64,000 nt of DNA, taken from contig JBHGNT010000020.1 in the NCBI GenBank assembly GCA_043228905.1, positions 2,852,001 to 2,916,000 on the forward strand, in the 5' to 3' direction. Every line of letters begins with the position of its first letter. Positions within the stretch are counted from its first letter, which is position 1. Both the position numbers and the translations under genes were made by a program. Source of the DNA: Azolla caroliniana (Eukaryota; Plantae; Polypodiophyta). The notes under the pieces were generated by a model, which saw only the letters and a program-made list of their open reading frames with translations, searched no databases and was not told the origin of the DNA. This document shows positions 12,414 through 23,887 of the stretch, piece after piece.

Positions 12414-15400
12414 GTGCCGCGATTTACGGAAGGACTAAAAACGGGCATGACAGACGGTATAGCCCCACCGGCACCAGTCCTCTTCTCGAATCCGGAGGAG
12501 GGACCGACGGTGGTGGACACTAGTAGTCCGGTGATTACAGCTATTGTCAAAGGGCACGAACTTCCCGGCACAGTAATCGATGGAGGTTCCGGGGTGAACG
12601 TAATAAGCCTCCACACGTGTGATGCCTTGGGTATACATGAATGGGAGCCATGTCCGTTCTGGCTACGGATGGCGGATACGAGCTCTGTACAGCCGACGGG
12701 CTTAATACGGAAATTGGAAGTCACCATAGGAGGTCACACATTTCACATCTCGGTTGTAGTGCTACAGCTACAGGCGCAAGGCGCGTACCCACTGTTGCTG
12801 GGCAGACCATGGTTGAAAACAGCACACATCAAGCAAAATTGGCGGAAAAATATGATTACCTTCCGGCGCGGAAAAGCCAAGGTCCGGGTACCGACACAAC
12901 CACGGACGAGCAACGGTAAGGAATGCACACCGCTCTATGCGAAATGCGTGAACATGCTTGAAGGGTTGGCAAACAACGAAGAAGCCCAGTACTTGGAGGA
13001 ACACCCGAAGATCGTACCACTCTTCGAGATTGACGTAGCTGAAGCCGTAGCGCCATACTTGCCGCAGCGGGACGAAACCGAAGCCGAACCAGACAAAGAT
13101 TCGATTCGGGAATTACGGCAAGCACAGGAAGCGTTTGAACGGGAAATGGCCGTTTCCCAACGGGTAAAAACATCCCAGCTCAACGAAGTGAACCTAGGAA
13201 GCAAGGACGAATCAAAGTCGATACACATCGTGAAAGAAATGAAGCCGGAAGATAAAGCGGCGATGATCAAACTTCTCACGGAGTTTCGCGACGTATTCGC
13301 CTGGTCATACGAAGACATGCGAGGGTTGGACCCTCAATTATATCAGCATCAGATCCACTTAGGCAAGGACGCGAAACCAGTGGCGCAAAGACGTTACCGA
13401 ATGAACCCCAACTACGCCGCCAAAGTGAAGGAGGAAATCGACAAACTCCTAAGAGTGGGCTTCATCCGGCCGGTAAAGAAAGCAACGTGGCTGAGCCCCA
13501 TCGTCGTCATCCCAAAGAAGAACGGTAAAATCCGCGTGTGTGTAGATTACAGGAAACTAAATGCAGCCACAATTACGGATGCATTCCCTCTTCCGTTCAC
13601 GGATGGAGTACTGGATGCCGTCGCCGGCCATGAAGTTTATAGTTTTTTAGACAGGTTCAGCGGATACAATCAAATCCGGATGCACCCGGACGACCAGGAG
13701 AAGACAGCGTTCGTCACCGAATGGGGGGTGTTTGTGGCCGAAGTAATGATGTTCGGCCTTAAAACGGCACCAGCAACGTTCCAGCGAATCATCATGGAGA
13801 TCTTCGGCGAATACATTCCTGCCTTCATGCAGGTTTTCCTGGATGATTTTGCAGTCTATAGCCGGGGAAAAGACCATTTGCAGCACCTACGGTTATGCCT
13901 TGAAAAGTGTAGGTTATACCGGCTAAGCTTAAACCCAGCAAAATGCATCTTTGGAGTTTCAAGTGGAATCTTACTGGGACACATTGTAAGTAAGGAGGGC
14001 ATTGCGGTCGACCCGGACAAAGTAAACGCGATACTAGGGGCACCGGCGCCGAAAACGGCCAAAGCACTAAGCCGATTCTTAGGACTGATCCGGTGGCACA
14101 GCCGGATGCTCCGTCACTTGGCTGACTTGGCTACACCATTACACACCGCGGTACATCGGACACCGTTCCAATGGACGGATACGGAGGATGAGGCATACAA
14201 TGCCCTGAAGGTACTTTTGTCGCAAGCACCCGTCGTGCAGCCTCCGGATTGGAGCAAGGAATTTCATGTGTTCGTGGACGCTTCCGACATCGCTATCGGC
14301 AGCGCCTTAATGCAACTTACGGAGCCCAAATGGTACCGGCCGGTATATTACGCAAGCCGGAAGCTGTCCCAAGCAGAGAAGAACTATTCGACGACGGAAC
14401 GGGAGGCCCTGGGCATGATCTACAGTGTAACAAAATTTCGTCATTACCTATTGGGAAGGAAGTTCTCCTTTCATGTGGATCACTCGGCGCTCCTGTACTT
14501 AGTGTCCAAGGCGTACCTGACCGGTAAGTTGGCCCGTTGGACCTTGCTGTTGCAGGAGTTCGAATTCGAGATCTTCCACCGGCCCGGTATCCAGCATGCC
14601 GTAGCAGACTACCTGAGCCGGTTAGAGTCCGAAGAATCAGGCGTCGGAGTATCGGATGAATTCCCGGACGCAGAGTTATTCCGTATCACCCCGGAAACGG
14701 CAGCGGACGACACAGTGGCATCAGAAGATAGGTGGCTGACAAACATGCACCAGTTCCTAAGCACGGGCCTGCCACCGGAGGAAATGAACCGGGACGAGAG
14801 GAAACGACTGGCGGTGCAGAGCCGCAATTTCTGTCTGTTACGGGACACTCTCTACCACAAGGGAGCAGATGGAATATGGAGACGGGCAGTCCGTAGTGAC
14901 GAGAAACAAGTAATCTTACGGTAAGCACATTGTGGGGTTGCCGGAGGACACTATGCCGGGGAAGCGACGGCAAGGAAAGTATGGCAGAGCGGCTTATGGT
15001 GGCCCACGACGTTAAAAGACGCCGTCAAGTATGCTAAGGAATGTGACCTATGCCAACGAATGGGCCAGCCTACGGAGCAAGCACGGATGCCACACCAACC
15101 GGTACTTCCACTAGAGCCATTCCAGAAGTGGGGGTTGGATTTTGTTGGACCGTTCAAGCCACCGGCAATGAGAACGGGTAATCGTTATGTCATCGTGGCA
15201 ACAGATTATTGCACTAAATGGGTGGAGGCTAGGGCCTTGAGAGACAATACCGCGTCATCCACAGCAAAATTCCTGTACGAGAACATTTGGTGCCGATATG
15301 GATGTCCGATTGAATTAATCAGCGACCAAGGAGGGCACTTCCTCGGCCAGGTAGTTGAAAGCTTAACAACGTTCTATGCCGTGGTCCATAAACGGAGCAC

Positions 15401-16142
15401 ACCGTACTACCCACAAGCGAACGGGTTAGCAGAGTCCACCAACAAAACGCTGCAGAACATTCTCCGCAAAATCGTCAATGAAAACCGGACGGACTGGGAC
15501 ACAAAGCTCCATAGCGCGCTATGGGCGTACCGGACGGCATACAAAACAAGTATCCGGACAACGCCGTTCCGGTTAGCGTTCGGCTTAGAGGCGGTCATGC
15601 CGGTGGAATTTCAGGTACCAAGCTTACGGATCCAACTACGGGAACGGCTGAATGAAAAGGAGTCGGAAGAAAGGCGGCTAGCAGCACTATGCGAACTGGA
15701 GGAGCAACGGCTGGCCAGCATCCTACACATGGAACTGGAGCAACGACGACGGAAAGCGTTCGTTGACCGTCACCGGAAAGGTAATGAAAAGATGTTCGAA
15801 ATCGGAAAGCCGGTGCTAGTATTCCAAACGAGGATGGGCAAGATGCCGGGTAAACTCCGGTTTAGATGGACAGGCCCGTATTGGCTAACACGGGAATACA
15901 ACGGGTCCTATCAGTTAGGGACACTTGCCGGTGAAGTGCTAGGCAAGTGGGTCAACGGATTTAGACTAAAGCCCTATAAAGGACCGATGCCAAGTAACCC
16001 GTTTATGCAGCCCACCGGCACTATACCGGGAACGGTACGGATGGAAGAAAAAGACGACGGGGAACCCGTAGAAGAGGCGAAGGAAGACACGGCAACCCGT
16101 AAGGAAAATGGTAAGGGTCCGAAGGGACCTACGGATGTGTAA
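12414..16142 (+). pseudogene. pol: Gypsy pol (PR, RT, RNase H, integrase), stop at 14922
   Basis: VIDGGSGVN, FLDDF, FVDASD, WGLDFVGP, YYPQANG, WTGPY. Confidence 0.95.
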
Positions 16143-16514
16143 GATCACATACAGTCATTAAAATAAAAATAAATAAATAATAAAAAATCATTAAAAATCG
16201 AGGTATGAACGGACGTGAAAGCAAGGAGCGAAAAGGTACGTAGTGGGCATTTAAGAGCCGCCACATTGCTTAATACTAAATTGGTACACGACGTGCGCAT
16301 GCTCGAAAAAGGCGCCAAGACGCACAGAGAAAAAGAAGAACGCATGGAGACCTTTTTTTTTCGCGAGCCAAGAAGCACAGAAGCACCAAGGCAGTGGAAG
16401 CTTAGCAAACGCGAACCTGCACTCAGAGAACCCCCACGTTCGGAACGCTCTCTCTCTCGCTCTCACTCTCATCACCACTCTACCTCGCCATCTTTCCTCG
16501 ACCTCGAAGCAGAC

Positions 16515-18901
16515 ATGGAACCACAAACGCTGTCGGAAGCGGCCAGGAAATGGCTCAGGCAACACGGACTGGATGGGTTCTTGACCATCATGGAGGCACC
16601 ACCGCACAGAGAAGCCGACCGGGTCATCAAGGAGCTCGACACAGAAGTCATCACCGAAGAAGCGATCCGTGCGCTAACAGGCCTTCCGGAGGGAGGTATT
16701 TTTCAGATTGATAACCCAACCTCGGAGCAACTCATCCGATATTTCGGTGAGTACTCTGTAGCCGGCAAAGGCTATCGAACGCAGGGCGGCGAAGATCCGC
16801 TATTCAGGGAGATAGCTCGAGTGCTCCATGAGTACGGCCACGTGTACCCCCGACCCCCTGTCATGCCAAAAAATCGGGCAGGGATGATCATAGCCACCTA
16901 TGAAGGGATCAAGGTGGACTGGCCGGTGTTGATTGCAGACGGTTTGTGCGCGGCAATCGACATGGTACGAGGAAAGGACGGCAAGGAGGGCCGGAAGCTG
17001 TGGCATGCCGTAGCTCAGTGGATAACATTGCTCAGTGGATAACATTGACCGCCGGGACAGCGGGGGAGCGTTCGGAACCGCAAAAGGAAGAAACGCCCCC
17101 AACTCAACCTGAGCAAACCACAAGGGAGGAACCGGAACCGGTGCGTATAGAACCGGCCTTGATACAAGAAGTCATTCCAACGGCTCCGGAGACAGCGAGA
17201 ACCGGAACTCAACAGCCGGCGAGCCCAGCCAGCACACACGGCGGCCAAGGAGTAGAACCAGAACGGCAAATACAGGCACTCAGGCCAGACAATTCCGCAG
17301 TGAACGAGCCGACCCGACCAGTACAGCAGCAAGGCACCATTAGCATGTGGCTACGGTGGGTAGGCGAGCAGATCGCCGGAGCGGTCGAGTACATAGAGGC
17401 GGAGGAGAGAGCGCACCACGAACGGTTGCTCGTCACAACCGTAGATCTAGAGACGGCCCGGTCCAAAATCCGGAGCCTTGAACAAGACTTGGACAGGGTC
17501 ACAAGGGAAATGGCTCAATTGGCTTTGACAACACAAGTCCAAGCACCGGTGACTCCGGGCAATGTACAGAATATAGCGACAGATCAACCTGTACATAGCA
17601 ATCAGACCCCGGCAACGGAAACCGTTCCGGAGAGAAATGCGGCACAAGCCCAAGAGGTTGCAGACTTAAAGGATGAGCTAGCTGCCCAAGAAGCGCTGAG
17701 GAGCCGCGAAAGAGAGTTGAAGACGGCAGCGGAGGCAGAACTCAAAAAGACTGCTGAAAATCTACGCCGGGCCGAGGAGAGCTTACGAAAAGGCCACCAA
17801 GCGTACGACCGGCTCAAGGAGGAAAAGGAGAAAATGCTGCAAGAGAAGGACAGGCTCCGGAGAAACGCCGAAACAGAAATAGAGCGCCTGAAAGAGGAAC
17901 TCCGGCAGCTAAAGGACCGGGAGGACCGGAACCATCGCCAGATCAACGGCAAGCTCAAACAAAAAATGGAGGAATTTGAGCAATTGCACCGGGAGTATAA
18001 ACGGTTGCAAACAGAGCACAAGGAACGGACGAATGAGCTCCGGCAAGCAGTTGATCAGACCGCAACGGCATACGCTAATGAACAAGCGGAAACCAGAAGA
18101 CGGTTGGAAGAGGCGGAGAAGGTTCGGACAGAGCTCCTCAGGCAACAGCAGGCGGAAAAAGAAAGAGCGGCGGAGGTACTGCAGAAGCTGCAGACAACAT
18201 ATCAAGGGCAGCTGACGCGCTACAGAGAGCAGGCGGAGGATACGGCGAATCTCATCAAGCAGTTGAAGGAGGAACGACAAGTTGTGGAAAGTAGAGCGCA
18301 AATGGGAGCAAGTCGCATCCAGGATATCATGCGGGCCTGGTTGAACCAGACCAAGAGCTTGATTGACAACGGGTCTGTCAAATGGTGGACCAAGTGGGCC
18401 ACGAACGCGGCGGAACTCCAATTGCTCCGGGCCGACGTAGAGAACCGGTGGAAGGAGGGAGATGATTGCTATATGCTGACTTCCGAAGACTTCACCGGTA
18501 TAAGAGATGAGCTGGCCGAAGACTTTCAAGCCTTGGCAGAGGACCAGCTAGGGCAAGTCCGACAACTTGTAGCTCAGCTGGACGACGACAGGCTGGAGGC
18601 GCAAATCCAGTTTGAAAGCTACGAGAGGTCCCGGATCCGGGAAGAGAAAGCACGAGAACCGGTTACGGTCAACCTCAGTGATGAGGAACCGTTACTGGAA
18701 GGAGACCGGACCGGAAGCAGTCAAACGGAGATGCCGAAGTCAGAGAAACAAACGGAGCAGCCGCCTATAGAGCAGCCGGAGCAGCCTCAGTCCCAACCGC
18801 AACCACAGCAGCAGCAGCAAGCACAGCCGCAACAACCACAACCGGAAGAACAATTCGAAAATTTGGAACAAAGTATTTTGGACAATTTGGGTGAACAATG
18901 A
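16515..18901 (+). pseudogene. Extra 3' ORF of the gypsy element (about 789 aa when repaired): PMD-like N-terminus and long coiled coil; frameshifted at 17013-17046
   Basis: Two ORFs join when a 17-bp tandem duplication is removed; ITEEAIRALTGLP and VDWPVLI motifs; E/K/R/Q-rich heptads. Confidence 0.8.
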
Positions 18902-18953
18902 AGGGGCCGAGAAGGGTTCGACGTACAAGGTACTGTCCCACGGGCGTGCCATG

Positions 18954-19372
18954 TGTTACCGGCCGGCAAGGAATCCAAAATACGGAGTGAAGGAATTAAT
19001 TAAGTATGGTTGTAAATAAGCATAGTGTGGACGGACAGACTGGAAACGGTATGCCGTTCCAGATCCTGACGGATCCCGAATAGGTGCGATAGGCACCGTT
19101 TTGTACTACGGGCCGGAAACCTATTTAAAGGCCCGGACCCCATTGTAATCGAAGCGAATAATTAATAGAGCATATGGTGTTTATACTTCTGTGTTGATTT
19201 CCGTTCTGTAGTTACTATGATATCTTACGCGTGTAATTAACCAAAGCACTCAAATCGTGTAACCTACGTAAGTCGGTGTAATCGTTGAATCTTAATCCTA
19301 TGCCGTAATCACCCTTTGGTGAAGTGTCTCCGTGACACCTTGTGTTAAGCCTTCTCCGGTCAGAGAATAACA
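18954..19372 (+). repeat. Probable gypsy 3' LTR (start approximate)
   Basis: TGTTA...TAACA termini and TATTTAAA; no partner LTR to confirm it. Confidence 0.55.
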
Positions 19373-19489
19373 GGTAACAAATCGTAAAGATTCAATACTG
19401 AGGCTAATATACAATAACTCAGCGACAAATTTTTCTCGCACATTTTTCTTTCTGATTCTTTACGAATGCCTTCGAAATATGGCCAAATT

Positions 19490-19561
19490 GCGCTTGTAGT
19501 CCAACGGTTAGGATAATTGCCTTCCAAGCAATAGACCCGAGTTCAACTCTCGGCAAGCGCA
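19490..19561 (+). tRNA. tRNA-Gly-TCC: tRNA-Gly(TCC), consensus
   Basis: Intact cloverleaf. Confidence 0.95.
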
Positions 19562-20218
19562 TACTATGTTATTTGAATCACTACATCCATCGGAAAAGAA
19601 AAAATGATTCAATTCCATTCCAGTCCAGAATGATACGTACCTTTCAAATTTTCATAACTACAACGTAACAAGACAGCACCATAGTGATTTAATCTAAAGC
19701 TTTGCCAAAACAACTATTTTCCTCAACTAGTTTCATTTCTTTCTTAGAATAAACTAAGGCCCAACTTTTTCTCACTTATGTGACAAATTGTAAATATTAA
19801 GGGCTCACACTGATAAGACATATTTGTGCGGTTTCAGTCTTATAGTTAATGTATTTGCTTTGCAAGCAATAGATAGAGCTTCAACATGTCGTTAATGCAC
19901 ATTGTGTGCTTTACAGTAGAATTCCAATGGTACAAGCAAAATTTATTTCAGTCAATTCGAGAACGGCTTTTGACAAGACACGCTTTTTAACAATATTGCA
20001 GAAAATTGAATTAATATGAAGCTTTGCTCAAATGGACCGTTTTCATGGACTAGTTTCATTTGGATCTCACAAGAAACGTAAGAGCACTATTGGTTTATTC
20101 AGGTAACAAATCGTACAGATTCAATACTGAGGCTAATATACAATAACTCAGCGACAAATTTTTCTCGCACATTTTTCTTTCTGATTCTTTACGAATGCCT
20201 TGGAAATATGGCCAAATT

Positions 20219-20290
20219 GCGCTTGTCATCCAACGGTTAGGATAATTGCCTTCCAAGCAATAGACCCGAGTTCAACTCTCGGCAAGCGCA
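20219..20290 (+). tRNA. tRNA-Gly-TCC: tRNA-Gly(TCC), A-box variant
   Basis: TAG changed to TCA. Confidence 0.7.
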
Positions 20291-20947
20291 TACTATGTTA
20301 TTTGAATCACTACATCCAACGGAAAAGAAAAAATGATTCAATTCCATTCCAGTCCAGAATGATACGTACCTTTCAAATTTTCATAACTAGAACGTAACAA
20401 GAAAGCACCATAGTGATTTAATCTAAAGCTTTGCCAAAACAACTATTTTCCTCAACTAGTTTCATTTCTTTCTTAGAATAAACTAAGGCCCAACTTTTTC
20501 TCACTCATGTGACAAATTGTAAATATTAAGGGCTCACACTTATAAGAGATATTTGTGCGGTTTCAGTCTTATAGTTAATGTATTTTCGTTACAAGCAATA
20601 GATAGAGCTTCAACATGTCGTTAACGCACATTGTGTGCTTTAGAGTAGAATTCCAATGGTACAAGCAAAATTTATTTCAGTAAATTCGAGAACGGCTTTT
20701 GACAAGACACGCTTTTTAACAATATTGCAGAAAATGGAATTAATATGAAGCTTTGCTCAAATAGACCGTTTTCATGGACTAGTTTCATTTGGATCTTACA
20801 AGAAACGTAAGAGCACTATTGGTTTATTCAGGTAACAAATCGTAAAGATTCAATACTGAGGCTAATATACAATAACTCAGCGACAAATTTTTCTCGCACA
20901 TTTTTCTTTCTGATTCTTTACGAATGCCTTGGAAATATGACCAAATT

Positions 20948-21019
20948 GCGCTTGTAGTCTAACGGTTAGGATAATTGCCTTCCAAGCAATAGACCCGAGT
21001 TCAACTCTCGGCAAGCGCA
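20948..21019 (+). tRNA. tRNA-Gly-TCC: tRNA-Gly(TCC) variant
   Basis: C13>T, gives a wobble pair. Confidence 0.85.
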
Positions 21020-21676
21020 TACTATGTTATTTGAATCACTTCATCCAACGGAAAAGAAAAAATGATTCAATTCCATTCCAGTCCAGAATGATACGTACCT
21101 TTCAAATTTTCATAACTACAACGTAACAAGACAACACCATAGTGATTTAATCTAAAGCTTTGCCAAAACAACTATTTTCCTGACCTAGTTTCATTTCTAT
21201 CTTACAATAAACTAAGGCCCAACTTTTTCTCACTTATGTGATAAATTGTAAAGATTAAGGGCTCACACTGATATGAGATATTTGTGCGGTTGTAGTCTTA
21301 TCGTTAATATATTTGCTTTGAAAACAATAGATAGAGCTTCAACATGTCGTTAATGCACATTGTGTGCTTTAGAGTAGAATTCCAATAGTACAAGCAAAAT
21401 TTATTTCAGTCACTTCGAGAACGGCTTTTGACAAGACACGCTTTTTAACAATATTGCAGAAAATTGAATTAATATCAAGCTTTGCTCAAATGGACCGTTT
21501 TCATGGAGTAGTGTCATTTGGATCTTACAAGAAACGTAAGAGCACTATTGGTTTATTCAGGTAACAAATCGTAAAGATTCAATACTGAGGCTAATATACA
21601 ATAACTCAGCGACAAATTTTTCTCGCACATTTTTCTTTCTGAATCTTTACGAATGCCTTGGAAATATGGCCAAATT

Positions 21677-21748
21677 GCGCTTGTCGTCCAACAGTTAGGA
21701 TAATTGCCTTCCAAGCAATAGACCCGAGTTCAACTCTCGGCAAGCGCA
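21677..21748 (+). tRNA. tRNA-Gly-TCC: tRNA-Gly(TCC), A-box variant
   Basis: 2 substitutions. Confidence 0.7.
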
Positions 21749-22405
21749 TACTATGTTATTTGAATCACTTCATCCAACGGAAAAGAAAAAATGATTCTAT
21801 CCCATTCCAGTCCAGAATGATACGTACCTTTCAAATTTCCATAACTACAACGGAACAAGACAACACCATAGTGATTTAATCTAAAGCTTTGCCAAAACAA
21901 CTATTTTCCTGACCTAGTTTCATTTCTATCTTAGAATAAACTAAGGCCCAACTATTTCTCACTTATGTGACAAATTGTAAAGATTAAGGGCTCACACTGA
22001 TATGAGATATTTGTGCGGTTGTAGTCTTATCGTTAATGTATTTGCTTTGCAAGCAATAGATAGAGCTTCAACATGTCGTAACTCCACGTTGTGTGCTTTA
22101 GAGTAGAATTCCAATGGTACAAGCAAAATTTATTTCAGTCAATTCGAGAACGGCTTTTGACAAGACACGCTTTTTAAAAATATTGCTAAAAATTGAATTA
22201 ATATGAAGCTTTGCTCAAATGGACCGTTTTCATGGACTAGTTTCAATTGGATCTTACAAGAAACGTAAGAGCACTATTGGTTTATTCAGGTAACAAACCG
22301 TAAAGTTTCAATACTCAGGCTAATATACAATAACTCAGCGACAAATTTTTCTCGCACATTTTTCTTTCTGATTGTTTACGAATCCCTTGGAAATATGGCC
22401 AAATT

Positions 22406-22477
22406 GCGCTTGTAGTCCAACGGTTAGGATAATTGCCTTCCAAGCAATAGACCCGAGTTCAACTCTCGGCAAGCGCA
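22406..22477 (+). tRNA. tRNA-Gly-TCC: tRNA-Gly(TCC), consensus
   Basis: Intact cloverleaf. Confidence 0.95.
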
Positions 22478-23250
22478 TACTATGTTATTTGAATCACTAC
22501 ATCCAACGGAAAAGAAAAAATGATTCAATTCCATTCCAGTCCAGAATGATACGTACCTTTCAAATTTTCATAACTAGAACGTAACAAGAAAGCACCATAG
22601 TGATTTAATATAAAGCTTTGCCAAAACAACTATTTTCCTCAACTAGTTTCATTTCTTTCTTAGAATAAACTAAGGCCCAACTTTTTCTCACTCATGTGAC
22701 AAATTGTAAATATTAAGGGCTCACACTTATAAGAGATATTTGTGCGGTTTCAGTCTTATAGTTAATGTATTTTCGTTGCAAGCAATAGATAGAGCTTCAA
22801 CATGTCGTTAATGCACATTGTGTGCTTTAGAGTAGAATTCCAATGGTACAAGCAAAATTTATTTCAGTCAATTCGAGAACGGCTTTTGACCAGACACGCT
22901 TTTTAACAATATTGCAGAAAATTGAATTAATATGAAGCTTTGCTCAAATGGACCGTTTTCATGGACTAGTTTCAATTGGATCTTACAAGAAACGTAAGAG
23001 CACTATTGGTTTATTCAGGTAACAAATCATAAAGATTCAATACTGAGGCTAATATACAATAACTCAGCGACAAATTTTTCTCGCACATTTTTTTTTCTGA
23101 TTCTTTACGATGTCGTAGTGTATTTCGTACACTACGTGAAAAAGTAAAAATAATATAACCGATTTAATTACATATAAATAAATAAAATAAGAATATCAAG
23201 ATATTTATCACCAATAAATAAAATAAAAATATCAAGATATTTATCACGTG

Positions 23251-23320
23251 GATAGGGCAAGATTTGAACCTTGTACCTCCACGTAGCCAAACCTCAACTT
23301 TACCATTATGCTACCTTATC
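23251..23320 (-). ncRNA. tRNA-like Pol III cassette in the 5' LTR
   Basis: A box TAGCATAATGG, B box GGTTCAAATC, acceptor-like GATAAGG/CCCTATC, downstream T-run. Confidence 0.6.
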
Positions 23321-23870
23321 TTTAGTGTTCTATAAATAGATTTAATAATTATAACTGCTTTATTTGCGCCTACCTTTATTAAAAGGTAAATCATGTATTT
23401 TTAGAGTGCGTGAATATTTTATAGAAAAACGCAAGCGACTAAAAAGTGACTCATGCACATCTAGCGTGCATGAGCACTATATTTAGCAAATAAAAGCAAG
23501 GATTAGAAAAGCATCACATGCACATTTAGTGTGCATGAACATATTAGAAAAAAAAAGCATGTAGCTATGCTTAGTCTCTCCCATCACTACATAAGGATGG
23601 GGAGCACAATGTAATAGGCGTGTGAAATATTTGGGAAATTGGATATATTTCCTAAAACACCAATTAATAAAATATACTCGTGGGATTCACGAAGTTTAAG
23701 ATAATCTATCTCTTTCAATCTAAATTCATATTCTTACATAAATATTGATTAAATTAATACTTGTGGGATTCACAAGATTAGCCTCAAATTCTTCCTCCTC
23801 CTAGTCCAAAACCCCGGTGGTTCCCACCCGACTCACGCAAACGATCCGGAGCCGAAAGGCACGACACAGT

Positions 23871-23887
23871 TGGTGAACCCGACGTGA
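23871..23887 (+). promoter_or_regulatory. Primer-binding site, tRNA-Trp
   Basis: TGGTGAACCCGACGTGA, complementary to the plant tRNA-Trp 3' end ...TCACGTCGGGTTCACCA (recalled sequence). Confidence 0.85.

Larger units (their letters stand above)
5789..19372 (+). mobile_element. Ty3/gypsy non-chromovirus LTR retrotransposon, 5'-truncated, with a nested copia and an extra 3' ORF
   Basis: gag-PR-RT-RH-INT order; starts mid-gag with no 5' LTR; ends ...AATAACA where the satellite resumes. Confidence 0.92.
19373..23110 (+). repeat. tRNA-Gly satellite, segment 2
   Basis: 729-bp period. Confidence 0.97.
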
